From the NCBI GenBank assembly GCA_963759495.1, contig CAVWZL010000014.1, positions 25,961 to 89,960 on the forward strand: 64,000 nucleotides of DNA, read 5' to 3'. The notes below the pieces were generated by a model. That model had not been told where the DNA came from and searched no databases. It saw only the letters and a list, made by a program, of their open reading frames with translations. The first letter of the stretch is position 1, and each line of letters opens with the position of its first letter. The translations under genes and the position numbers were made by a program. This DNA is from an uncultured Chloroflexia bacterium (GTDB lineage Bacteria; Chloroflexota; Limnocylindria; Limnocylindrales; CSP1-4). Below are positions 50,920 through 60,708 of the stretch, one piece after another.

Positions 50920-51753
50920 GTGATGTCGTGGTCGACGCCCACGCGGATCATCCCCGCGCCGGACGGCGTGCCGATCGCAGTCTTCACGTCCGGAACCGGG
51001 CCGTCCCTCGTGCTCGTCCATGGGGCGACCTCGGACCACACGACGTTTCGGGTCGTCCGGCCCCTGCTCGAGGAGCGCTTCACGATCCACGCCATCGACC
51101 GCCGCGGACGCGGCGCCTCGGGGGATGCCGGGACCTACGACATCGAGCGGGAGTTCGAGGACGTGGCGGCGGTCGCAGCCACGATCGCCGGGGAGACGGG
51201 CGAGCCCGTTGACGTGGTCGGTCACTCGTACGGCGGCCGATGCGCGCTGGGCGCGGCGCTGCGGACCGAGACGATCCGCCGGGTTGTCTCCTACGAGGGC
51301 GCTCCCGCGCCGCCCGAGTCGCCCTACCAGACAGGCGCCCTGCGGGAGGTGCTGCGGAGCTACATCAGCCGCGGCGACAACGCCGGCGCGCTCACGCTGT
51401 TCATGACGCTGGTCGTCGGCATGAGCCCGGCCGACCTCGAGGCCTTTCGCGCCAACCCCGTCTGGCCCGCCCGTGTCGCGGCCGCGCCGACGATCCTGCG
51501 CGAGCTCGATGCCGAGACCGCGCCGGCGGCGTCCCTTGAGGCGCTCGGTGAGGTGCGCCAGCCCGTCCTGCAACTCCTCGGCGGGGCGAGCATCCGGCCC
51601 TTCCAGGTTGCAACAGCAGCGCTCGACAGGCGGCTGGCCGACGGGCGGGTGATCGTGATCGAGGAGGCACGGCACGCGGCCCACCACACGCATCCCGACG
51701 CATTCGTCGCCGCGCTCGAGACGTTCCTGCTCGCCGATCGCCTGATCGCCTGA
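50920..51753 (+). CDS. Alpha/beta hydrolase
   Basis: Intact 277 aa. Motifs LVLVHGATSDH and VVGHSYGG (GxSxG), with His near the C-terminus (EEARHAAHHTHPD). Confidence 0.8.
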   Translation: MMSWSTPTRIIPAPDGVPIAVFTSGTGPSLVLVHGATSDHTTFRVVRPLLEERFTIHAIDRRGRGASGDAGTYDIEREFEDVAAVAATIAGETGEPVDVVGHSYGGRCALGAALRTETIRRVVSYEGAPAPPESPYQTGALREVLRSYISRGDNAGALTLFMTLVVGMSPADLEAFRANPVWPARVAAAPTILRELDAETAPAASLEALGEVRQPVLQLLGGASIRPFQVATAALDRRLADGRVIVIEEARHAAHHTHPDAFVAALETFLLADRLIA

Positions 51754-51767
51754 TCGCCTGATCGCCT
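51736..51767. repeat. Perfect tandem repeat (GATCGCCT)x4 spanning the stop codon of the hydrolase gene
   Basis: Read directly: gatcgcct gatcgcct gatcgcct gatcgcct. The junction TGAs at 51743, 51751 and 51759 fall in all three frames. Confidence 0.95.
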
Positions 51768-51801
51768 GCGAGCAAGGGGCCCCCCGTGCCACACTCCGGC
51801 G

Positions 51802-52053
51802 ATGGACATGAGCATCATCGGCTGGATTTTCATCGGCTTCCTGGCCGGCTCGATCTCGGGATGGTTCGTCGGCACGCGCAGCGCCCAGGGCTGTCTCCCG
51901 ACGATCCTCGTGGGGATCGTCGGCGGGATCCTCGGGGGCTGGCTCGCCAAGGAGCTCGGATTCGGGCAGGTCGAGGGTTTCATCGGCGCTCTCGTGTTCG
52001 CGACGATCGGCGCCATGATCGTGCGGATCATCCTCCGCGCCGTCGAGCGCTGA
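51802..52053 (+). CDS. GlsB/YeaQ/YmgE family (transglycosylase-associated) small membrane stress protein
   Basis: Intact 83 aa. MDMSIIGWIFIGFLAGSISGWF..ILVGIVGGILGGWL, the typical Gly-rich 3-TM pattern. Confidence 0.8.
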   Translation: MDMSIIGWIFIGFLAGSISGWFVGTRSAQGCLPTILVGIVGGILGGWLAKELGFGQVEGFIGALVFATIGAMIVRIILRAVER

Positions 52054-52108
52054 TCTCGTCCGTCTGGCCTCCCGGCACCGACCGACGCGCCGGTCTACCA
52101 TCGAACCC

Positions 52109-53212
52109 ATGACGACCGTTGCGGATCCCCGGCCCTACTCTCCCGGTCTCGAAGGCGTCGTCGGCGCCGAGAGCGCCATTGGCCTCGTCGACGGTGCCCA
52201 GGGACGGCTGCTGTACCGCGGCTATCCCATCGTCCAGCTGGTGGAGCGCGGCACGTACGCCGAGGTCGCCGACCTGCTCTGGACCGGCGAATGGCACCCC
52301 GGCGCCACGCTCCCGCCACAGCCGGTCCCGAAGCCCGTCCTGACGGCCCTTCGGGAGCTGCCCCGCGACGCCGCGCCGATGGACGCGCTCCGAACGGCCG
52401 TCTCGGTGTGGGGCGCCACCCAGCGGCTCAGCTGGCCGGCAACGCCGGAGCAGGCACGCGAGCTGACGGCCTTTGCGCCGAGTGCGCTCGCGGCCTTCGG
52501 GCGGCTCCGCCAGGGTCTCGAGCCGGTCGACCCGGACCCCTCGCTCGGGCTCGCCGCGGCATTCCTCCAGCAGCTCAACGACGAAACGCCCGATCCCGCG
52601 GCGGCGCGGGCGCTCGACGCCTATTTCATCGTCGGCGCTGAGCATGGGCTGAACGCCTCGACGTTCGCCTGTCGGGTCATCACGTCGACGCGCTCGGACC
52701 TCGCTTCGGCGGTCTGCGGCGCGATCGGTGCGCTGAAGGGTCCGCTGCACGGCGGTGCCCCGTCCGAGGTCGTGGATCAGCTGCACCAGATCGGCGATCC
52801 GGCGAACGCGGAGAAGTGGGTCCGCGACGCGGTCGGCCGCGGCGAGCGGATCATGGGCTTCGGGCATCGCGTCTACCGCGCCTACGACCCGCGCGCTGCC
52901 GCGCTTCGAACCGTGGCCGAGGGCATGGGCTCGATGGCGGACTGGCTCGACACGGCCGTCCAGATCGAGGACGTCGTCCTGCGCGTGCTCGCGGAGCTGA
53001 AGCCCGGCCGGGTCATCAAGACCAACGTCGAGTACTACGCGGCCGCCGTGCTCCAGGGCGTCGGCCTGCCGCCCGAGCTGTTCCCCGCGACCTTCGCGCT
53101 CGCCCGCCATGCCGGCTGGACGGCGCACGCGATCGAGCAGGGCGGCGCCAACAAGCTGATCCGTCCCGACATGCGCTACACCGGTCTCATGGACCGCGAC
53201 CTCCCGGCCTGA
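52109..53212 (+). CDS. Citrate synthase family protein (short, ~367 aa type; citrate or 2-methylcitrate synthase)
   Basis: Intact. Motifs GLEGVVGAESAIGLVDG..LLYRGYPI, HGLNASTF, LKGPLHGGA, GFGHRVYRAYDPRA. Confidence 0.85.
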   Translation: MTTVADPRPYSPGLEGVVGAESAIGLVDGAQGRLLYRGYPIVQLVERGTYAEVADLLWTGEWHPGATLPPQPVPKPVLTALRELPRDAAPMDALRTAVSVWGATQRLSWPATPEQARELTAFAPSALAAFGRLRQGLEPVDPDPSLGLAAAFLQQLNDETPDPAAARALDAYFIVGAEHGLNASTFACRVITSTRSDLASAVCGAIGALKGPLHGGAPSEVVDQLHQIGDPANAEKWVRDAVGRGERIMGFGHRVYRAYDPRAAALRTVAEGMGSMADWLDTAVQIEDVVLRVLAELKPGRVIKTNVEYYAAAVLQGVGLPPELFPATFALARHAGWTAHAIEQGGANKLIRPDMRYTGLMDRDLPA

Positions 53213-53336
53213 TTCACGGCGCCGTGATGGCGTCGCAAGGAGCAGCGCAGGCGAGAAGAAGGTCGATCCAACGCAGGTCGGGCATCATGTCGGCTGACAC
53301 GGACCGGCCCGCCCCCGGTCCCGCCACCGTGGAGTC

Positions 53337-54269
53337 ATGCCGAACCCGTTCGACACCGTCACCGGTCCAGCGGCCGGCCGGAGCACCTTCCCCCGTGTCC
53401 CTGGCGACCTCCCGCGGATGGAGGTCGCCGGCCTCGTCATCGCCGCCGTCGCATGGATCGCGATCGTCGTGCTGTCGGAGCCGTACGGCCGGCTGTGGGG
53501 AACCGGTCAGGACGCCTACTGCTACTGGCAGGCGCCCCTGGCCGACCCATATGCGCGGTCCGACTGGACGGACCCGGTGGCCTACGTCTACTCCCCTGCC
53601 TTCCTCCAGCTCGTGTCGCCATTCACCGCGTTGCCGTGGCAGGCCTTCGTCGGGGTCTGGACGCTCATCCTCCTTGCCGGGGTGCGCTTCCTGACGGGCG
53701 CGACCTGGTTCGGGTTCGGTGTGCTCTTCGCGCTGATGGAGCTGGCCGGCGGCAACATCTCGATCCTCATCGCAGTCGCGATGGTGGTCGGGTTCCGATG
53801 GCCGGCGGCGTGGGCGTTCGTGCTGCTCACCAAGGTCACGCCGGGGATCGGGCTGCTGTGGTTCGCCGTTCGTCGTGAGTGGAACTCGCTCGCGATCGCG
53901 GTCGTGGCGACCGCCGGGGTGTTCGTGGTGTCGGCGTTGTTCATGCCCGGCGCATGGTCCGACTGGATCACGGTCCTCAGCTCGGTCTCGGGTCGCGACG
54001 GGACCTGGGCCGCCGTCCCGATCCCGCTCGTTGCGCGGCTCCCGGTCGCGGTTGCGCTCGTCGTGTGGGGCGCGCGCACCGATCGACGCTGGACGGTCCC
54101 GGTGGCAGGCATGATCGCGCTGCCCGCCCTCTGGTACGGCGGGTTCAGCATGCTGCTGGCAACGCTGGCGCTCAGCCGGCCGGAGTGGCGCGACACCGGT
54201 GGGCCGGGCCTCCGGACGGATGCCGACGCGCTTCCTGGGCGCCCAGTGGGGTCTGCGGCCCCCGCCTGA
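53337..54269 (+). CDS. Polytopic membrane protein, DUF2029/GT87-like glycosyltransferase candidate
   Basis: Intact 310 aa with about 8 hydrophobic segments. YVYSPAFLQL and TKVTPGIGLLWF resemble GT-C/GT87 proteins. The start could be internal (MEVAGLV). Confidence 0.5.
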   Translation: MPNPFDTVTGPAAGRSTFPRVPGDLPRMEVAGLVIAAVAWIAIVVLSEPYGRLWGTGQDAYCYWQAPLADPYARSDWTDPVAYVYSPAFLQLVSPFTALPWQAFVGVWTLILLAGVRFLTGATWFGFGVLFALMELAGGNISILIAVAMVVGFRWPAAWAFVLLTKVTPGIGLLWFAVRREWNSLAIAVVATAGVFVVSALFMPGAWSDWITVLSSVSGRDGTWAAVPIPLVARLPVAVALVVWGARTDRRWTVPVAGMIALPALWYGGFSMLLATLALSRPEWRDTGGPGLRTDADALPGRPVGSAAPA

Positions 54270-54696
54270 TCACCGCCTGGCCAGGCCATGCCGGGGCGCG
54301 TCAACCTGCCCCGGCCCCCGAACGCGATCTCCGGACATGAAAATGCCCGAAGGAACTGGTGGGGAGCCTCCGGGTCGACGGGCCAGCGGCTGCGATTGCT
54401 CGCAGTCCCTGATCGTCGCCGGGTCCGCCCGCCTCGACCTTGCGGCCGCTGCGTCCGGTCCCTGGCCGCCCCTGGGATCGCTCCCCGGTGCGGTTCCGGC
54501 GGTTCTCACCTGCCCCTTCGGGCAAGACGAAATGTACCCGGCGGCCGGTGGGGGCCACAACGGCCTTATCCACGAATGTGCGATGCGGTTGCAGCACCTT
54601 ATCCCCGAACATTCGAACACCGTGGACATCCTGTGGACAGCCCGGTTCGCGCCTGCCCGCCGCGGGGACGTGCTGCTGAAGGGGCATGATCTCGGC

Positions 54697-55362
54697 GTGT
54701 CGACCGTGTACCTGCCCGATCCGGCGCTCGTCCTGTTGATCGGGGCGGCGGGTGCGGGCAAGTCCACGTTTGCCGCGAGGCACTTCGCGCCCGACGAGAT
54801 CGTGTCGTCGGACGCGATCCGCCGACAGGTCTCGGGCGACGAGGGGGATCAGTCCGTGTCGCGCCTCGCCTTCGCGATCCTCCATCGGGAGGTCGCCCGG
54901 CGGCTGGCAGCCGGCCGGCTCGCCGTCGTCGATGCCACGAACGCGCATCGGGAACACCGTCGTTCGCTGATCCGGCGAGCGGCGGTCACCGGGACCCCGG
55001 CGGTGGCGCTCGTGCTCGCACTGCCGCCGCCCGTGGTGCTCGCCCGGAACGCCGGCCGGGCCCGCCGTGTCCACGAGGACGTGGTCCTGCGACAGCTGGC
55101 GGGTGTCGCAGCGGCAGCCCGGCGGGGCGGTCTCGCGGGGGAGGGATTCGCGCTGGTGTGGGTCGGGCGGACGGTCGAGGCCGTTGAGGCCGTCAGGTTC
55201 GAGCGCGTGCCGCGGAGCGCATCAGCTCGCCCCGGACGCGATGAGGATCACCGCGATCCCCGCCAGCACGATCCCGACGGCGTGGGCCGCACCAATCCGC
55301 TCCCGCAGGAAGATCGCGGCCAGAACCACGGTCCCGACCGGGTAGAGCGACGCGAGGGTTGA
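54697..55362 (+). CDS. P-loop kinase (AAA_33 / polynucleotide-kinase-like ATP-binding protein)
   Basis: GTG ~54697. Walker A LLIGAAGAGKSTFA and VVDATNAHREHRRSL. The 3' 140 nt overlap the convergent transporter, so the end is doubtful. Confidence 0.55.
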   Translation: MSTVYLPDPALVLLIGAAGAGKSTFAARHFAPDEIVSSDAIRRQVSGDEGDQSVSRLAFAILHREVARRLAAGRLAVVDATNAHREHRRSLIRRAAVTGTPAVALVLALPPPVVLARNAGRARRVHEDVVLRQLAGVAAAARRGGLAGEGFALVWVGRTVEAVEAVRFERVPRSASARPGRDEDHRDPRQHDPDGVGRTNPLPQEDRGQNHGPDRVERREG

Positions 55363-56085
55363 CGCGATCGCGAGCTCGCCCGCCTGCCGGGCTGCGATGA
55401 ACAGGCCGTTGCCGCCCATGTCGAGCAGTCCGATCACGAGGACGGCCGGGACGAGAGCCCGCGGCATCCGCCACGGCTGCCGCACCAGGACGATGGCCGC
55501 GACGAGCAGCACGGCCTGGGTACCGCGCAGGATCGACAGCGGTCCGAAGACGTGCCCGTCGCTGACCTGACCGATCAGCACGTTGAACAGCCCGATCCCG
55601 GTGCCCGCCACGAGGGCGAACCGGAGCCCGCCGCTCCGACCATGCTCATCGCCTGCCTGCGAGACGAGCACGACGGCAACGATCGCCAGCCCGATCCCGA
55701 TCAGCACCTCGTTCCGTGGCAGGCCCTCGAGCGCGATGCCGGCGACCACGGGGATGATCACGGCGAGCACCCCCGTCACCGGCGCCACGATGCTCATCCG
55801 CCCCGCGGCAAGACCCGCGTAGAGGGCGCTGATCCCGACGACGCCGGCGACACCTGCCGCCACCGACCACGCCACGTCCGCCGGTCCCGGAGGCGCCTCT
55901 CCGCGAACCACGAACAGCCCGAGCGCCACGACCATGCCCGCGATCTGGGTCAGGAGCACCACGCCGAGGAGGGCGGCACGGCGCGTGGCCAGACCACCCC
56001 CGAAGTCGGACGCTCCCCAGCACAGTGCCGAGAGCAGGCCGAGGAGGACGACCGGGGCGCCGAGCGTCGCGAGGACGTCGTTCAG
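55222..56085 (-). CDS. EamA/DMT family transporter; N-terminal ~45 codons lack a canonical start
   Basis: ORF 55222..55962 plus in-frame upstream LNDVLATLGAPVVLLGLLSALCWGASDFGGGLATRR (first TM plus the conserved WG). Only CTG 56085 is available, overlapping the upstream TGA. Confidence 0.7.
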   Translation of the reverse strand: MNDVLATLGAPVVLLGLLSALCWGASDFGGGLATRRAALLGVVLLTQIAGMVVALGLFVVRGEAPPGPADVAWSVAAGVAGVVGISALYAGLAAGRMSIVAPVTGVLAVIIPVVAGIALEGLPRNEVLIGIGLAIVAVVLVSQAGDEHGRSGGLRFALVAGTGIGLFNVLIGQVSDGHVFGPLSILRGTQAVLLVAAIVLVRQPWRMPRALVPAVLVIGLLDMGGNGLFIAARQAGELAIASTLASLYPVGTVVLAAIFLRERIGAAHAVGIVLAGIAVILIASGAS

Positions 56086-58299
56086 GCGGGTGCGCCCTCG
56101 ATCGAGACGGCGATGGGCAGAGCCTCGATCGGGTGGTCATCGGCCGCGGTCGGCCCGGGCAGCTCGACGACGGCGTCGGCGGCTGCGTCGTAGCGATCGG
56201 ATGTGGTCAGGTAGATGACCTGGAAGTCGGCGGCAACCGTGCGCAGCAGCTCGAGCGCGCGCGCGGCCCGCACGTCGTCGAGGGTGACGAACGGGTCGTC
56301 GAAGATGAGCGGCGGCCGGCGATCGCCGGTCACGAGGCGGACGAGGCCGAGACGCGCCGCGAGATAGATGAGGTCGACCGTGCCCTGGCTCAGCGTCGCT
56401 GACCGGCACCCAGTCGCCCTTCTCGGGCGCGAACACCTCGATGTCCAGGGTCTTGTCGTCGACCCTGACCCGCCGATAGCGGCCGTCGGTGACGCGGCGA
56501 TGTCGCGGACCATCCGCTTCTCGAGGTAGCGCGTGGCCGTCTTCATCGTCGCCTGCTCGGCTGCCTCGATGGCCGCCAGGGTCGCCGCATATACGCGCTG
56601 TCGTCGTTGCAGAGCGCGCAAGCTCCTCGCGCCAGCGCTCGGCCCGCTCGGCGTGGCCGGCGACCTGCTCGGCATCGACTGCGTTCGCCTCGACGCGGGC
56701 GCGAGCGTTCGCCTCGTCGTCGCGGGCGCGCTCGAGGGCGGTCTCCTGGTCGCGCACCTCGACCTCGAGCCGCTCCCGGGCGCGCGGCTCCTTGGCGATC
56801 GGCCCGAGTGCTTCGAGCGCGTGCGTCTTCTGCTCGATCTCGAGCGCGGCCTGGTCGCGGAGTCGGGCAGTGTGTCGGGCGGCTGGCGCCCGACGAGGCC
56901 CTCGAGCTGTGCCTCGAGGTGGCTGATCCGCGCCGGCGTGCTCCTCCTCCCGCGCAAGGAGGTCCTCGGCGGCCGCGAGATCCTCGAGGGCCACTGTCTG
57001 GAGCGCTGGACGCGATGTCCGCCTCACGCCTCGCGGAGCTCCTGCTCAGCTCCGAACGACCGCGGAGCCGGCGATCGATATCCGGTCTCGCGGAGCTCGC
57101 GCCGCAGCCGGTCGCCGCGGCGCAGCCAGAAGCGCCACGAACGCGAGCGAACAAGCCCGATCCCGACGAGGACCGCGCCGACGAGCTGGGCCAGGGACCG
57201 GGATCTCGAGCGTGAGGACGGTCCGCGCAAGGAACGCGCCAACTGCCACGACGACGCCCGAGGATCGACGAGCGACGATGGCCCAGCGCGACAGCGGGCG
57301 CCACGTGGGCTCCGGCGGGAGATCGAAGTTGACCTCGACCTCGCCGGCAAGCGCCGCCCGCAGCTCGCGGATCCGCGCGTCAAGGCTGCGCAGGCGGTCG
57401 ACGGCCTGGCGCAGGACGCGGCAGCGGGTTCGCCGACGGATGCGGCCCGGCGAGCGTCCGCGAGCTGGGCGTCGATCTCGGCGGCCTCGCGGTAGCGCTC
57501 GAACCGCTCCTGGGCGCCGGTCCGCTCGGCGATGAGCCGCTCGGCCTGGCGCGCCTTGTCGAGCATCGAGCGGCGCTCGGCAAGGGCCGTGTCGGCATCG
57601 GCGCCGCCGCTCCGCGCCCCGGCGAGCGTGTCGCGGTCGCGTTCGAGCTCGCAAGAGCGCAAGCTCGCCCTGCTCGAGCGCGGCAGCTGACTGCGCCAGG
57701 CGTCCGCTCGGCGACCTTGAGCGTGCCCGGGTTCTTCTCGCCCTTCGTGCCCAGGTCGTGCAGCGCGCGCTCGAGCTTGCGCTTCGCCCGGCTCGTGCCC
57801 CGGTCGGCGCCGCTGATGGAGGCCTGGAGCCGGTCACGCAACGCCGACTCGTCGCGAGCGAGGTCGGCCAGCTCGTGATGGCGGACCGAGGCGGTCGAAC
57901 GGAAGAACGCCTCGGTCGGGATGCCCGTGAGCTCGGCGAGCACCTGGTCGCTGAGCGTCGGGTCGTGATGGCCTGGCCGTCGTAGTCGAGCTCGACGGTG
58001 CCCTTCGAGCCGCGGAAGACCTTCTCGAGGGTCCCGGTCTTGACGACCTCGTCGTCGTCCTGCTCGAACTCGAGGCTGATGATCGTGCGCGCGTCGGCCG
58101 GCGCGTCCCACGGCCGCAGGGCGTTGAGATCCGTCGCGCCACTGGTCACCCGCCGGGTGATCGCCAGCTCGATCGCCCGCTGGATGGTCGACTTGCCGGC
58201 CTCGTTCGGGCCGCGGACGACGGTCAGCCCGGGGGCGAGGTCGATGTCGAGGTTGCGATGGCGCCGGAAGTCCCGCACCTGCAGGCGGCGGATCCTCAC
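56082..58299 (-). pseudogene. SbcC/YhaN-like AAA ATPase with coiled coil and a central hydrophobic hairpin, >=8 frame changes
   Basis: GTG 58299 overlaps the upstream stop. Walker A VVRGPNEAGKSTIQ and long E/R/A/L-rich stretches. Two hydrophobic segments near 57150-57330. C-terminus LSQGTVDLIYLAARLGL..PLIFDDPFVTLDD. Pieces lie in ORFs 57046.., 57380.., 57024.., 56137.., 56082... Confidence 0.75.
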
Positions 58300-59469
58300 A
58301 GCGTGACCTCGTGACCCGCGAGCAGCAGCCGGCCGAGCCGCAGCACGTCGCGGGCTCGGCCGCCGCGTCCGTCTCGCCCTCCGCTTCGAGCCGGGCGATG
58401 CGATGCCTCGAGGTCGCGGATGAATGCGCCGGTGATCGTGTCCGGCGACGGGAGGACGCCTTCCGTCAGTGCCGGAAGTCGAAGTGTCGCGAACGCGGAC
58501 CTTGAGGAACGACGGGCTCGAGCGCGCGCTCGATCTCGTCGAGGTGGAGGTCGAGCTCGTCGGTCCGCACGCCGCTCGATCCGGACGTCGAGCACGAGGT
58601 CGGGGTCGGCCCGCTTGGCCAGCCGTCGATGAGCGCCGGCTGGCTGCCGATCGCCGCCGCATCGATCCGCAGCTGCTCGAATCGGGTCCGCCCGACCTGG
58701 CGCTCCTCGACCGTGACCGTCTTCGTGCCGTCGGCCGCGTCGAGCGTGACGAGGAGCACGTTGCCGGCCCGATCCTGGTCGAGGGCGACGGGCTCGGGCG
58801 CGCCGGCGTACGCGTACGTGACGCCGCCGGCGCGTGCCCTGCTGCGTGGAGTGCCAGTGACCCAGCGCGAGGTAGTCGAGGCCGCTCGCGCGATCTGGTC
58901 GGTCGTGATGACGACGTCGTCGCCGTCGGTCTTGCCCGGGATCGCGAGGGCGCCGTGGACCATCCCGATCTGCCAGGTGCGCCTCGGGGATCGAGGGCGG
59001 CGTCGAGGCCGTCGAGCGGGCTCGTCGGTGCGCGCTTGGTCGCGAAGACGCGCCGTGAACACGACGACGTCGACGGCTTGAGATGGACCAACGGCCGGTC
59101 AGGCGTCAGGACCGTGACCAGGTCGTCGTCGATCGGGGCTGCCGGCCAGCGCTGCGAGGTCGTACGCGCGGTAAGGGACGAGCGGTCGTAGACGTCGTGC
59201 GTGCCCGGGAATGATGCACGGTGCGGATCCGCGGCGACGCGAGCCGCTGGAGCTCCGCCGCGACGCGCTCGACGGAGCGGCGCGGCTGGACGTTGGAGTC
59301 GAACAGGTCGCCGGCGATCAGGAAGAGGTCGACCTGCTCCTGCGAGCGCCAGGTCGACCGTTGCGCGGAAGGCCGCGAACTGGCGCTCGCGCTGTGCCGC
59401 GGCCTGCTCGCCGAGGTCGGCGTGGCGCGCGCCGAGATGCACGTCGGCGGTGTGGAGGATACGGAGCAC
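58296..59469 (-). pseudogene. SbcD/YhaO-like metallophosphoesterase (DNA repair exonuclease family), >=5 frame changes
   Basis: GTG 59469: VLRILHTADVHLGARH; VDLFLIAGDLFD; IPGTHDV; LDYLALGHWHS (in a third frame); C-terminus ..RLLLAGHEVTL (ORF 58296..58595). Confidence 0.75.
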
Positions 59470-59894
59470 CGGTCGGCGGCTGTGCCCTCCCTGCGTCGAT
59501 CCGGACGGCGGCGCGAGTGGCGAGCCGTCACGGCCGGCCGGCCGCCCCGACGGCCCGCCGATGATGGCGCGAGCGAGGCGCCCCCATGACTCCCCGCTCG
59601 CCACCCCGAATCTCGGGTCGCATTGTGACAGGTACGGTGTCACGGCTGCCGAGGCCCGGCTGGAGCCGCGTGGCGCCTGGGTGGTGCATCCGGGCCACGC
59701 AACGCCTTGTTTGCGAACCCGTTGTATGTTCGCGCCCTGACATACCGGTGCGCCCCGTCAGGGACTCCGCCGATCGGCACCTGGGCAGCGCGGCCCCGGC
59801 ATTCCCCGCCAGCACCTCGCGAGACCCGTCTGCAGATCCGGCCGTCCCCGGAGCAGGATGCCGGTCGGCCTTCGCGCTCCGGGAGGAGCAGTTC

Positions 59895-60234
59895 GTGACC
59901 TTCGTCGATCGACCGCTGACCTGTGTCGATTGCGGAGTCGAGTTCATCCACTCGGCTGCTGATCAGGAGTTCTATTCGCAGCAGGGGTTCTCGAGCGAGC
60001 CCAAGCGCTGTACCAGCTGCCGGGCCAGCCGCCGTGCCGCCCGCGACAACGGATACGACGTCCAGGACATCGGAGGGCCGCGCGGCTACGAGCGCGGCGA
60101 CGACCGGCCGAACCGCGAGTACTTCGCCGTGATGCTGCTCGTCGTGCGGCAATCAGGCCCAGGTCCCGTTCAAGCCGCGCATGGACCGCCCGGTCTACTG
60201 CTCGGACTGCTTCCGGCAGGTCCGCCCGGACTGA
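59895..60234 (+). pseudogene. Double zinc-ribbon (CxxC..CxxC x2) small protein, one frame change
   Basis: GGGAGGAG RBS precedes GTG 59895. LTCVDCGVEFIHSAADQEFYSQQGFSSEPKRCTSC, then after ~60133 (+1) CSSCGNQAQVPFKPRMDRPVYCSDCFRQVRPD-TGA. Confidence 0.7.
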
Positions 60235-60708
60235 CCGGCCGCAGGATCCGCAACCGGAGCGCCTCGGGGCCCCAGACCCGGGGTGCTTTCGATTCGGGGC
60301 CCGGGGCGCGTGGCGTCATGCCGCCCAGTCCTCGAACCTACCGGCGAAGGCCTCGTCGGGCCTCGCCAGCGCGGATCGTGACCGCGCGTGAGGGCTACCG
60401 GGCCTCGATTCGCGCTGGATGGCCCTTACGAGCTCGTTTCGAGGATTCGCTGGCCTCGCCCGGACCGCGCCTGGGGCGCGATGAGCGCGGACTGCCCCTG
60501 CCAGGGCGGCCATATTCCAGGAAGGAGTATCCGCGCGGATAGATTGCCGCTGGGCCCCCTCCAGGGGCTGCGGTAGCGCAAGGAGGTCTATCCCGGGGCC
60601 TCGAAGGGTGATTCCTGTGCCTCCTCGCTCCTCGAGAGGGCGCGGAAGCGTTCGATAGACCCGGGGCGCATACGGCGAGAGCGCCCGGCATGGTTGGACG
60701 CCTCGAGC

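Noticed and set aside
51736-51767. Tandem repeat as a CRISPR array or minisatellite
   Set aside because: It has 8-nt units without spacers and only four copies, so it is a simple sequence repeat.
59713-59733. GCGAAC-N9-GTTCGC inverted repeat upstream of the SbcD-like gene as a LexA/SOS (Cheo-type) box
   Set aside because: The half-sites fit GAAC/GTTC, but the spacing is 9 nt rather than the canonical 4 nt, so the SOS-box call is not supported.
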